Origin: an uncultured Nitrospirales bacterium
Lineage (GTDB): Bacteria > Nitrospirota > Nitrospiria > Nitrospirales > NS-4
Length of the DNA stretch: 64,000 nt
Direction of reading: 5' to 3'
Assembly: GCA_964610095.1 (NCBI GenBank)
Contig: CAZSUT010000003.1
Location: 19,278-83,277, forward strand
The number at the start of each line of letters is the position of its first letter. Positions within the stretch are counted from its first letter, which is position 1. Position numbers and translations under genes: made by a program. Of the stretch, positions 47,953 through 57,299 are shown piece after piece. Under the pieces are notes generated by a model. That model did not search any database and was not told the origin of the DNA. It saw only the letters and a program-made list of their open reading frames with translations.

Positions 47953-48918
47953 ATGGGCCGCCCCTTTCGACTCGCCTCGCTCGTGCTCGCCGGATTGCTG
48001 GGCGCCGGTCTGGCTGAGACACTGCCGGCTGAAGAGCGTGCCCAGCCATTTCACGAATGGCAGATTCTTGAAGTGAAGGCCGACCGACCGGTCAGTTTCA
48101 CGGATCTGCTCACCGACCTTGTGACCGCGGACGTGATCTACATTGGCGAGGAGCACAGCCATCGCTCGCATATTGAAGCCGCCCTGCGCATCCTGCAGGC
48201 GCTCGTCGACCGCAACCAGAAGCCGGCGCTGGGCCTGGAGATGTTCGGGTGGGATGGGCAGGCCGGTCTGGATCACTATTTGGCGGACCCGGACATGGCG
48301 CCCGATCTGTTTCTCCAAGAAGCTCACTGGAAGGAGAACTGGGGCGGCGCTTACAACGACTATGCGCCGCTTGTCGACTTCGCCCGCTCCCACCACCTGC
48401 CCGTGCTCGCCTTGAACCCGCCCAAGCCGCTCGTGCGCCGGGTGGCGAAGGAAGGCATCCTGCGCGCCTTGAAGGATCCCGAGATGCTGCGTTGGCAGAT
48501 GCGCGATGAAGTCCTTTCCGACGAACCCGCGTATCGCGAGATCATGGTGTCACAGCTCCGCGCCTGCCACAGCGGCCTCTCCGAAGAAGCCTACCAGCGC
48601 ATGTACGAGGCCGCCGTGTTTCGGGATGAAGGCATGGCGAAGACGATCTCCGACTATCTTAGCCGTCGTGCGCCCGGCGTTGGACCGGTGGTCAGTTACA
48701 CCGGCGGAGGGCATATTCAGTACCGGCTGCCGGTTCCCAACCGCGTCCTCCGAAGGCAGAACGGCTCTCTTCGACAACGCACCCTTTACCTCACGTCGTA
48801 TGAGCCCAAGCGACAGGATGAAATCCGCACGCTCCTGGACCAATCGATTGCGGATTACGTCTGGCTGACCCCAGTCAGCGCGCAGGGCGCCCCGCGGCGC
48901 TGCCTCTCACCGCCCTAG
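47953..48918 (+). CDS. ChaN family (heme-uptake-associated) secreted protein
   Basis: DVIYIGEEH..H, LGLEMF, Y.PLVDFAR, LALN.P, DEGMA, GGGH. Confidence 0.8.
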   Translation: MGRPFRLASLVLAGLLGAGLAETLPAEERAQPFHEWQILEVKADRPVSFTDLLTDLVTADVIYIGEEHSHRSHIEAALRILQALVDRNQKPALGLEMFGWDGQAGLDHYLADPDMAPDLFLQEAHWKENWGGAYNDYAPLVDFARSHHLPVLALNPPKPLVRRVAKEGILRALKDPEMLRWQMRDEVLSDEPAYREIMVSQLRACHSGLSEEAYQRMYEAAVFRDEGMAKTISDYLSRRAPGVGPVVSYTGGGHIQYRLPVPNRVLRRQNGSLRQRTLYLTSYEPKRQDEIRTLLDQSIADYVWLTPVSAQGAPRRCLSPP

Positions 48919-50408
48919 AACACGATCGTGTACTGGAGGCGCCCGCGGTTCTCGATCAAGGTAACATTGCCCCCAACGTCGGCGCTGCCCAGTCGAGTGG
49001 TGATCACGCCGTAGTCAAACTGCAATTTGTGCTCGTGCCCGCTGAAATACCAGTTCAGCCCACCAACGCCTGATGTAATCAGATCGTGCCCGAGCCGGGT
49101 GTCGGGGTCCATCACACTGTACCGCCCCACGACCTCGATCGTCCGTGGCACCACAAAATAGCCGGCTTGGACGTAGAACCCGCTCGCGTTGCCGATCTGC
49201 TTCGAGTGGTCATGCGTGTCGATGTTACGGAAGAACCCTTCAGCCTGCAGCGACAATCCTTTGTACTTGAAGACCGCGTCAATCCCGCCCGTCCCGATGT
49301 CCACGACGCCCTGGTTGAGCAGCCTGCCGTTCCCCAGCGATGCGATCGCCAGAGAGACCTGATTGTTGCTGCCGGCGAGTGTGGTATTGGTCTGAAGTCC
49401 GGCGTTGTAGCCGTAACTGGTCCCGATTGCCACCTGAGGGGTGTCAGAGTGAGCCAAGTCGCCTTCGAAATACCCAGGCTTCCCGAGGATGTCCCACGCC
49501 AACCGCCCGACGTACATCAGCTCATTGGCATTCGCTGGAGTGGTGAGATCAAGCCGCGTCAGATTGATGCCCACTCCGTTGAACATTCCAAAGGCATAAT
49601 TCACCGTGTATTTGTTGTAGTCGCTGAAAATCGTCACGCCTTGGTCGCGGCGATCAATCGCGTTCGGGACAAACGCCTCGGCCACAAAGTTGCGGTCCAC
49701 GAATTGGAGTAGCGCCGAAGACATAAACTCCTGCCGTCCGAAGTGCGTCCGGTACTGCCCGATTCGCAGGTTGGCCCACGGAAACTCCCTGAATGTCAGG
49801 TAGGCATCGTACAACTGCGTCGTCGAACGCCCAGGAGTATTCTGCGTCGTCGAATCTGCCGTGTCATTGCGGAACTGGACGAAATAGTTGATGTCCGGCG
49901 TAAAGGCAAAGCCTTCAAACACCAGCCGGGTGCGATGCACGCCAAAGACGTCCACGTCCTCACCATGCTTCAACGCTGAAATCATGCCCGTACTGGACAC
50001 GTTCGGATAGTTCTTCGGATCGCCGATGGCATTCCAGGCACCGTTGAAGTGACTGTCGGTCAAGCGGGGCTGCACCCGAATTCGAATCTTGAGCAGGAAC
50101 TTGTCCTTGAACTGGGTGTAGAGCCCCCGGTCGTAGCCGAACTTGATCCCCTTGCCGAGGTCAACAGTGTTGTCGCCGTCGGCATCCTTGGCAGGAGGAG
50201 TTGTCTTGGCCGGAGTTTCCGGCTCTGTCTTGGCAGGCAGCGCTTCCGCTGCGTGGCCGACTTCTTTGAGCGCCTGATCGTATTCCTCCTGGGTGATGAT
50301 ACCCTTCTTCAACAACAGATTCAGCGCCGGATCCGCCCCGGCTGTGGAGATTGCTCCCCCAAGAAGCCACGCAGCCACGACGAGTACGGAAATCAGCGAG
50401 TGTCTCAT
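48915..50408 (-). CDS. OprO/OprP-like anion-selective porin
   Basis: Signal peptide, LLLKKGIITQEEY N-domain, RTRL.FEG, LYDAY, IGQYRT.FG, DRRDQG, terminal QYTIVF. Confidence 0.8.
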   Translation of the reverse strand: MRHSLISVLVVAAWLLGGAISTAGADPALNLLLKKGIITQEEYDQALKEVGHAAEALPAKTEPETPAKTTPPAKDADGDNTVDLGKGIKFGYDRGLYTQFKDKFLLKIRIRVQPRLTDSHFNGAWNAIGDPKNYPNVSSTGMISALKHGEDVDVFGVHRTRLVFEGFAFTPDINYFVQFRNDTADSTTQNTPGRSTTQLYDAYLTFREFPWANLRIGQYRTHFGRQEFMSSALLQFVDRNFVAEAFVPNAIDRRDQGVTIFSDYNKYTVNYAFGMFNGVGINLTRLDLTTPANANELMYVGRLAWDILGKPGYFEGDLAHSDTPQVAIGTSYGYNAGLQTNTTLAGSNNQVSLAIASLGNGRLLNQGVVDIGTGGIDAVFKYKGLSLQAEGFFRNIDTHDHSKQIGNASGFYVQAGYFVVPRTIEVVGRYSVMDPDTRLGHDLITSGVGGLNWYFSGHEHKLQFDYGVITTRLGSADVGGNVTLIENRGRLQYTIVF

Positions 50409-50465
50409 GTTATTGTCTCCTTTTTTGACAAACTTAGTAAACTTAGACTCAAAAAAACACTTCTC

Positions 50466-51401
50466 TCAAGGACCGGGCACCCGCATCGTGCTGCGCTTCC
50501 CGCCCGCGAGTGTCGCGGGAGGCGCCACGCCCCCGTTATCGTCGCTCGGCAGGGCAGCCGGTCTCCGCGTCGTGAAAAAGACGTATAACAGATAGCTGTC
50601 CAGCACAATCGCCGACACCATTATGCTGTACGCCCACGGGCTTTCCATCAACCTCAAATCGATCAACACCCGCGAGAGACCGAATCCGACGACCCAGGCA
50701 TCAAAGCTCATGCAGATGCGGCGAAACGTCTCGGCGTCGAGTCGTCGAATGAGAAAGGCGCCAAGAGGAATCCCAACGATGACGCCAGGAATAATCATCA
50801 CGAAAATGCTCTGGCTTTCCGCAGCAAACAGGCCGAGGTGGTAATACACGAAGGCTGTCAGGCTCGACTCGGCCACGCGAATCAATCCGAGACCGGCCCG
50901 GAACTCTCGTTTGACCAGGCCTTGGTTGTTGAATAAAATCGCCAGAGGCGGGCCGGATACGGTGGTGACGGAATACAGGAAGCCGAGCCCAGCTCCGAAC
51001 GGGAGGCCAATGAGCCTTTCCGACTGGATCGGCCTCCGCACACCGGCTGCCTGGACCAGGATGAGTGGAAGAAGAACAGAATAGGTGACAAACTTGATCC
51101 AGCCCGGATGGAGCGAGGCGAGAAGGTAGCTGCCGACCGCAATGCCGGGCAACAGTCCGATGAGAATCGGATAGACCCGTTTCCATACAGCCGGAACGCT
51201 GGCCCGATTGATGAAAAGCACATACAGGTTGATGAAGACTTCGATCAGAACCAGGGCAGGGTTCAGGATGCGATTGGTATAGAAAACGAGCGCGACCGGC
51301 ACGGTGAGCGATGAAAATCCGTACCCCAGAGCCCCGTTCACGAAGGCTGCAAAGAACGTAATCCCCAAGAGCACGATCACGCTGATGTCGAATGAGGGCA
51401 T
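50466..51401 (-). CDS. TauE/SafE family sulfite/sulfur-compound transporter
   Basis: AAFVNGALGYGFS, LGFLYSVTTVSGPP, duplicated TM repeats. Confidence 0.85.
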   Translation of the reverse strand: MPSFDISVIVLLGITFFAAFVNGALGYGFSSLTVPVALVFYTNRILNPALVLIEVFINLYVLFINRASVPAVWKRVYPILIGLLPGIAVGSYLLASLHPGWIKFVTYSVLLPLILVQAAGVRRPIQSERLIGLPFGAGLGFLYSVTTVSGPPLAILFNNQGLVKREFRAGLGLIRVAESSLTAFVYYHLGLFAAESQSIFVMIIPGVIVGIPLGAFLIRRLDAETFRRICMSFDAWVVGFGLSRVLIDLRLMESPWAYSIMVSAIVLDSYLLYVFFTTRRPAALPSDDNGGVAPPATLAGGKRSTMRVPGP

Positions 51402-51404
51402 GGT

Positions 51405-51854
51405 TTATCTCCAACGTTGGCGAGAGCTACGAGCGACTGAAATGAAATCCTCCAGGCTGTAGTTGTCCAGAATACCGGCGATGGCGTTCCGCACCTCGCC
51501 CATCGCATCCTGCAGCGGACAGTAGGCCTTCTTCGCATACGGGCAGTCGCGGCATTTCTTGTAAGCCGTCTTGCTGACACAGCCGATCGGGGCCAACGGG
51601 CCGTCCAAGATGCGGATGACCTGCCCCAGCGTGACTTTCGCCGGCGGCTTGATCAGGGCATACCCCCCCTGCGCCCCGCGGATGCTGGCCAACAGCCCGG
51701 CGTGCTTGAGCGCCAACAGGATCTGCTCCAGGAACACGATCGGGATGTTCTGCCGCTCGGCGATCTGATGCCGCCGGACCGGGGTCCCACCATAGGCCTT
51801 GGTGAGCTCGATCAGAGCGCGCAGGGCATACTCACTTTTCTTCGAAAAGCGCAT
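51405..51854 (-). CDS. Rrf2 family transcriptional regulator with four Cys
   Basis: YALRALIEL, FLEQILLAL..AGLL.SIRGAQGGY; C-x8-C-x2-C-x7-C. Confidence 0.92.
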   Translation of the reverse strand: MRFSKKSEYALRALIELTKAYGGTPVRRHQIAERQNIPIVFLEQILLALKHAGLLASIRGAQGGYALIKPPAKVTLGQVIRILDGPLAPIGCVSKTAYKKCRDCPYAKKAYCPLQDAMGEVRNAIAGILDNYSLEDFISVARSSRQRWR

Positions 51855-51887
51855 GGATTTCTTTTAAAGTTTATAAAGTGAGTCGAT

Positions 51888-51916
51888 ATAGTACACATAT
51901 GGACGGTGCCCGTCAA
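51888..51916 (-). promoter_or_regulatory. Putative sigma70 promoter of the Rrf2-TauE-porin unit
   Basis: TTGACG-N17-TACTAT. Confidence 0.65.
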
Positions 51917-51945
51917 GAGATTTTTTACTGGGGCGTTCTCGGCAC

Positions 51946-51974
51946 GTGACATCACCTTCCGGCTTCGTTATAAT
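51946..51974 (+). promoter_or_regulatory. Putative sigma70 promoter of sixA
   Basis: GTGACA-N17-TATAAT. Confidence 0.6.
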
Positions 51975-52049
51975 GCCGCCCCCGTAGCTGAAGACACGGC
52001 CTCATTCGGACATTGATCGGCCTGGCGTCAGGCAGGCAAAAGGACACCC

Positions 52050-52553
52050 ATGGAACTGGTTTTCCTCAGGCACGGACTGGCCGCGGACAGAGAAGAGTGG
52101 AAGGGTACCGATGAGGACCGCCCGCTGACGACGGAGGGCGTGGACAGGACCAAAGAAGTGGTGCGGGGCCTCCGTACCCTCAAGGTCCGCCCCGACGTCA
52201 TCCTTTCGAGTCCCCTGCTGCGGGCACGGGAAACGGCCGAGATTGCCAAGAAGGGGCTCATCACCGACGCGAAAGTCGAATTGGCTGACGAGCTGACGTC
52301 CTCAGCGGCACCGGATCAGCTCATCGCCCGACTCGCCGACCTGGCGGAAAAACCCGTGGTCCTCTGTGTCGGCCATGAGCCTCACATCAGCACGACCATC
52401 TCGGCGATGGTCTCGGGCAAGACAGCCGCCTCCTTCGACGTGAAGAAGGCCGGGGTCTGCTGCATCCGGTTCACCGGCATCCCGAAAGCCGGAGCCGGCA
52501 CCATGTTGTGGCTCCTCCCGCCCAAGTTCCTGCGCCTCATCGCAGAGCGATAA
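52050..52553 (+). CDS. sixA: Phosphohistidine phosphatase SixA
   Basis: RHG, DEDRPLT..G, SSPLLRARETAE, VGHEP. Confidence 0.9.
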   Translation: MELVFLRHGLAADREEWKGTDEDRPLTTEGVDRTKEVVRGLRTLKVRPDVILSSPLLRARETAEIAKKGLITDAKVELADELTSSAAPDQLIARLADLAEKPVVLCVGHEPHISTTISAMVSGKTAASFDVKKAGVCCIRFTGIPKAGAGTMLWLLPPKFLRLIAER

Positions 52554-53370
52554 GGGAAGATTGCGGCGGTCCTAACTTGCGGACGGCTGCCCGCGCTCGC
52601 TGACGGTATCGCCGATACTCCTTCTTCACTTCGCTACGGCACGCCAGGTCCAACTTCTTGGCCAGCCGGCGAAACTGGTCCCTGTCGCAGTAATCGCCCA
52701 GGTTGCGCTGGAGCCGTTTGAGCGCGGCCACCGTTCTGGGATCCCCCCGGCCCGACTCGAGAGCGATCTCCTCCTGGTACCGGAGCGACTTGATCAGCAA
52801 ACGCAGCCGATGGAGTTCCTTGCACGTGGCCTCCGGCGACAAGCCGCGCAAGGCTGTATCCAGACGCGCGGCACGATCACGGCTGAGTGAAGCGAGGCGC
52901 TCCGCCAGAAAAGCGGATGGGCGGCGCAGCCGGGAGACCGACAAGCCGGCCAATCGCGTCCGGAGTATTTCCGGATGGCCGGCGCGAGCCACAGCCCACT
53001 CTTCATCCCGCACTGCTACGTCCACGCGGGACCGATCAGGGACGGACGCCTCCCGACGCCGGAGGTGCTGTTGAAAGACATACAGCGCCCGCAGGTCGCT
53101 CAGCCACGAGACACAGTCTGCCAGCCGAGCCGCGATCCGGGGCCGTTGCAGGAACTCTGCATAGGCCTGCAGTCGTCGCAGATGAGTCCGGAGGCGATGC
53201 ACCGTCTCGGGATGGAAGGGTGGCTTCCGGAGCGCCCGCGCGAACGCGAGCGCGCGGGCACGCACCTCCGTCACGCGCTTTTCGACGGCGTCGATCCCGA
53301 CACCAGGAACGTGGACGGCGCCGACGGCTCGCCGCAACGGCATCGAACGTGCACGGCTCGCAGTTTGCAT
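52537..53370 (-). CDS. CHAD domain (polyphosphate-binding) protein
   Basis: VHRLRTHLRRL, LHRLRLLIKSLRY..E, LQRNLGDYCD; very Arg-rich. Confidence 0.85.
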   Translation of the reverse strand: MQTASRARSMPLRRAVGAVHVPGVGIDAVEKRVTEVRARALAFARALRKPPFHPETVHRLRTHLRRLQAYAEFLQRPRIAARLADCVSWLSDLRALYVFQQHLRRREASVPDRSRVDVAVRDEEWAVARAGHPEILRTRLAGLSVSRLRRPSAFLAERLASLSRDRAARLDTALRGLSPEATCKELHRLRLLIKSLRYQEEIALESGRGDPRTVAALKRLQRNLGDYCDRDQFRRLAKKLDLACRSEVKKEYRRYRQRARAAVRKLGPPQSSLIALR

Positions 53371-53622
53371 GGCTCTCTGCCTGATAGTAGACTCCCCTCG
53401 CACGAGAGTATACCGCCCTTGACCGGTCAAGAGTCCTTCGATACGCTGGACGCTGATGCGGAAGCCTCGAAAGATCAAACCGGCCATTCGCCTCGCGGCC
53501 AAACCTGCCCGTCCGCACGGAGGCAAACACGGAGCCAAAGGGTACAACCGAAAGAAGGCGAAAGAGCGCTTCCTACAAGAAGAGCAGGAATAAGATAGGA
53601 CCAGAGTCCAGTCGAACAGCCG

Positions 53623-54615
53623 TCAGCGGAACGCCCGGAACATTAGCGTGGCACCATACGCCACCAGCCCCGCCCCGGGCAACGTGAATAGCCACGCGTA
53701 GACGATCCGCATCGTCACCCCCCACCGAACCGCCGAGAGCCGCTTGACGGCACCCACTCCCATAATGGAGGACGTGATGGTATGCGTGGTGCTCACGGGC
53801 ATGCCGAAATGTGCCGTCCCCAGCAGGATCAACGCCGCGCTGGTCTCAGCGGCGAATCCATGGACCGGCTCCATCTTGATGATGCGCATCCCCAACGTCT
53901 TGATGATGCGCCACCCGCCGGCCGCCGTACCCAGCCCCATCGCGATGGCGCACGAGAGGAGGACCCAGGTCGGCACCGCGACGTGGTCAAGGTGGCCGGC
54001 CGACACCAGCGCGAGTGTGATGATCCCCATCGCCTTCTGCGCGTCGTTTGCGCCGTGACTGAACGCCATCAAGCTGGACGAGATAAGCTGCAGCCGTCGA
54101 AACGCTCGGTTGGCCGATCCACGCGGAACCCGAAAGACTACCCAGTAGGTTGCGAGGATTACCAGATACCCCAGCACGAACCCCACAAGTGGCGAAAACA
54201 GCATCGCTTCCAGCACCTTCTGCAGCCCTGACAGCTTGACGGCTGCCATGCCGCTCTGTGCGAGAGCGCCGCCGATGATCCCGCCGATGAGGGCGTGAGA
54301 AGAACTCGTCGGGAGCCCCAGCGCCAACGTGAATAGATTCCACGCGATGGCACCGACCAAAGCAGCCGCGACGGTTGACTGCTGGATCAGCGACGGTTCG
54401 ACGATCCCTCCGCCGATCATCTTGGCCACGGCGGTGGACATGAAGGCGCCCGCAATATTCAAGATGGCGGCGAGCAGCACCGCTCGTCCCGGGGTCAGAA
54501 CATGGGTTGAGACAACGGTGGCGATCGCATTGGCGCTGTCGTGCCAGCCGTTCGAGAAATCGAACGCCAGGGCAAGGATCACGACGAGAACCAGAATAAG
54601 GGTGGGATCAATCAT
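53623..54615 (-). CDS. pit: Inorganic phosphate transporter (PiT family)
   Basis: NGWHDSANAIAT, GLPTSSSHALIGG, HGANDAQK, PVSTTH. Confidence 0.93.
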   Translation of the reverse strand: MIDPTLILVLVVILALAFDFSNGWHDSANAIATVVSTHVLTPGRAVLLAAILNIAGAFMSTAVAKMIGGGIVEPSLIQQSTVAAALVGAIAWNLFTLALGLPTSSSHALIGGIIGGALAQSGMAAVKLSGLQKVLEAMLFSPLVGFVLGYLVILATYWVVFRVPRGSANRAFRRLQLISSSLMAFSHGANDAQKAMGIITLALVSAGHLDHVAVPTWVLLSCAIAMGLGTAAGGWRIIKTLGMRIIKMEPVHGFAAETSAALILLGTAHFGMPVSTTHTITSSIMGVGAVKRLSAVRWGVTMRIVYAWLFTLPGAGLVAYGATLMFRAFR

Positions 54616-54670
54616 GGTCGGGCGGGAAGTCTAATTGAACAGTGGTGGGAATGGTGTGGGGCAGATCGTG

Positions 54671-55285
54671 TCAGGCATGCTTCAACAAAATGCGTTCGAG
54701 GATGTTGGCCACATCCTCACAGCGATCGGTGCCCTCCTCAAGGCTCTCATAGACCTCCTTCCACTTGATGACGACCATCGGGTCTTTCTCGCCCTCGAAC
54801 AAGCGGGCGATGGCGTCCCGCGTGATGCGATCAGCATCGTTCTCCAGGCTGTTGACCGTAACGAAACAGGCGTTCAAATCGGTCGTCTTACCCAACTGCG
54901 CGATGCCGCGGCCGAGTTCATCGCACGCCCGGTGAATGATGTCCGCCAGTTGGATCGCCTCGTGCGTCGGCTTCTCGACCTTGTAGATGGCCATCCGGTC
55001 GGTGACTGCTTCGACACAATCCAGCACGTCGTCGATCGCGCTGGCCAACCCATAAATGTCCTCCCGATCGATCGGCGTGATGAAAGTCTGGTTCAATTTC
55101 CTGATGATCGTATGGGTGATGGCGTCCCCGGCCGACTCGATTCGCTTGATCTCCCGGGCCTTGCGCTCGACATCCTCGTAGGACTCCATCATCTCTTTCA
55201 AGCGGCGGCTGCCGAGGACCATGTTCTGCGCCGCCTCATTGAACATCTCGAAAAAGGCGGGCTCGTGAGGGAAGAGGTTGAACAT
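54671..55285 (-). CDS. DUF47 phosphate transport regulator (Pit accessory)
   Basis: IKRIES.GD..H, TFITPIDREDI..L...IDD, LENDAD, DRCEDVAN; upstream of pit. Confidence 0.9.
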   Translation of the reverse strand: MFNLFPHEPAFFEMFNEAAQNMVLGSRRLKEMMESYEDVERKAREIKRIESAGDAITHTIIRKLNQTFITPIDREDIYGLASAIDDVLDCVEAVTDRMAIYKVEKPTHEAIQLADIIHRACDELGRGIAQLGKTTDLNACFVTVNSLENDADRITRDAIARLFEGEKDPMVVIKWKEVYESLEEGTDRCEDVANILERILLKHA

Positions 55286-55384
55286 ACAGGATGGCTCCGT
55301 TGACGGGTTGTGCCTTGCCGTTCTCAGGCGAGCGCCAGCATAGCGTTTCCACCGAAATAAATCAACGCTGCGTTCCCCTCATTC

Positions 55385-55900
55385 TTAAAGGGATTCTTTC
55401 AACGCATCACGCCAGGCTTGCACCATGGCGGGGTCCACATCTACCAGCACCACCGACTGAAGCGCTCGAGGCACAAACATCAGAATCTCCTTGATCATCA
55501 TCGCGGCTGCATCCGCATGCGCGACTCCACCCACACCGGTGCCCATCCCCGGGATAGCCACCGAGGCAAAGCCGCGTGCATCCGCCAGCGCGAGCGCCGC
55601 CTGCGTGGCGAGCGCCACGTTCTGAGGATCGATCCGCATGGCCGGCTCGGGCATCGTGGGCGCATGGATAATGGCCTGGTACTTGGTGCGCCCCCCCGAG
55701 GTCACCACTGCGCTGCCGACCGGAATCGGCGCCAGTCGCCGGGCTTCCTCATCCACCTCATTCCCAGCCGCGCGCTTGATGACACCTGCCACCCCACCGC
55801 CCATGATGCCAAGACTGTTGGCGGCGTTCACGATCGCCTGTACGTCCATATCCAGAATACTGCCGCGGACCACGCGAACCTGCATTCGTTGACCACCCAC
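55385..55900 (-). CDS. Macro domain (ADP-ribose-binding/processing) protein
   Basis: GSI, AIVNAAN..MGGGVAG.I, IIHAPTM, A.PGMGTGVGG. Confidence 0.9.
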   Translation of the reverse strand: MGGQRMQVRVVRGSILDMDVQAIVNAANSLGIMGGGVAGVIKRAAGNEVDEEARRLAPIPVGSAVVTSGGRTKYQAIIHAPTMPEPAMRIDPQNVALATQAALALADARGFASVAIPGMGTGVGGVAHADAAAMMIKEILMFVPRALQSVVLVDVDPAMVQAWRDALKESL

Positions 55901-55917
55901 CGTCAGAACGAACCCCT

Positions 55918-57240
55918 CTAGAGTCCACCGATCGCATACTGCAAGCGCGTTTCGGCGATCTTCGAGTTGTACTGCGTCTGTGCCAGCCGGGTCTCTGCTG
56001 CAGTGACCGCCACCTCGCTCTGCGTAACCTCCACGATGGAACTCAAGCCCAACTTGTACCGTTGGCTGGCGAGCGAGAGAGACTCCCGCGCGATCGTGAC
56101 CTCCTCCTGCACCACCTTGACTTGCTGGATGAGCGTCACCAAATCAAGAAAGCTGTCCTGGACCTGCAATCGTATGTTCTGCGACACGGTGCGATAGATC
56201 GCCTGGGCCTCCCGGTGCTGCGCGGTCGCTTCCGCGACTTGGTTTTGGATCAGAAAGCCTGTGAAGAGCGGCACCGAGACGACACCACCCACGCCCCACC
56301 AGCCGCCTTCTTGAAGGTTCGGGCGGTTGGAAATGTGCTCGGTATCCCCCGCACCACCGACCGCTTGGAGGGTGGGGTAGTTCGTGCTGACCGCAGCGTT
56401 AATCCGATGCTCGGCCGTCCGCACCCGTTCCTTAATGGCAAGGAGTTCAGGACGGCGGTCCTGAGCTTCCGCCATGAGACCTTCAAGGGCACGGGGAGGA
56501 TCGACCGTGATCGGCACATCCTCCAACGTGTAGGCAGAGGGCCCCTCCACCCCCATGGCATTGTTCAGATCCGCAAAAGCCGTCGCAAGATCGTTGCGCG
56601 CGCGGATTACCAGATACTCCGCATCGGACAACTGGACCTGCACTAAGCCCAAATCCAGCTTGGACTTGAGCTGGTTCCGGTACAGAGTCTCAACCTGCTG
56701 CTTAATGACTCCCCGCTCCCGCACGGTTTGCTCGGAGATCTCAACCAACCGCTTCTGCTTGAGGACATTCAGATAGGCAGCGACCGCACCGAGGATCACA
56801 TCCGCGCGGCGGGTCAGCGCCTCCTTCTCAAACCTGGCCTTCTCAGACCGCTGGGCCTTGAGGCGGTTCTCGGTCTGGCCGAAATCATACAGCAGTTGGC
56901 TCGCCGCCACACCTACGGTCGCATCGCTCTGATTGGGCTCAATCAACGTACCCGACGGACGGAAGAGCGCGTTGGCACGGAGCGACCCATTCGTTTGAAC
57001 TGCCATGCCCCCAACCTGCGGATAGTACGGTGCCTCAGCCTGCTTGGCCCGCGCGTGGGCCGCCTGCACGGCGAATTCGGCCGATTGGAGCGTAGGGTGC
57101 TTCTCCAACGCCGTCTGGATGGCTTGCCGAAGCGCCAGCCGAGGCGTTTCACTGGGCGGTGCAGCCAGCTGCCCCCACGCCGTTTCCACCAGAACCAACC
57201 CAATGATCATTCCGATCGCCCCGATCCCGTTATGCCGCAT
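55918..57240 (-). CDS. TolC family outer-membrane efflux protein
   Basis: Signal peptide; LYDFG, RRPEL, VSVPLFTG, RYKLGLSSIVEV. Confidence 0.9.
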   Translation of the reverse strand: MRHNGIGAIGMIIGLVLVETAWGQLAAPPSETPRLALRQAIQTALEKHPTLQSAEFAVQAAHARAKQAEAPYYPQVGGMAVQTNGSLRANALFRPSGTLIEPNQSDATVGVAASQLLYDFGQTENRLKAQRSEKARFEKEALTRRADVILGAVAAYLNVLKQKRLVEISEQTVRERGVIKQQVETLYRNQLKSKLDLGLVQVQLSDAEYLVIRARNDLATAFADLNNAMGVEGPSAYTLEDVPITVDPPRALEGLMAEAQDRRPELLAIKERVRTAEHRINAAVSTNYPTLQAVGGAGDTEHISNRPNLQEGGWWGVGGVVSVPLFTGFLIQNQVAEATAQHREAQAIYRTVSQNIRLQVQDSFLDLVTLIQQVKVVQEEVTIARESLSLASQRYKLGLSSIVEVTQSEVAVTAAETRLAQTQYNSKIAETRLQYAIGGL

Positions 57241-57299
57241 CCCTCTTCCTCCTTAGTAAGTGAGACAGGAACGACTGCGCGATAGGCACACTGACGAGT

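Noticed and set aside
53418-53431. Palindrome as an FNR/CRP box
   Set aside because: The TTGAC and GTCAA half-sites are 2 nt apart, not the required 4
55286-55384. Pho box upstream of DUF47-pit
   Set aside because: No 11-bp-spaced CTGTCAT-like direct repeats found
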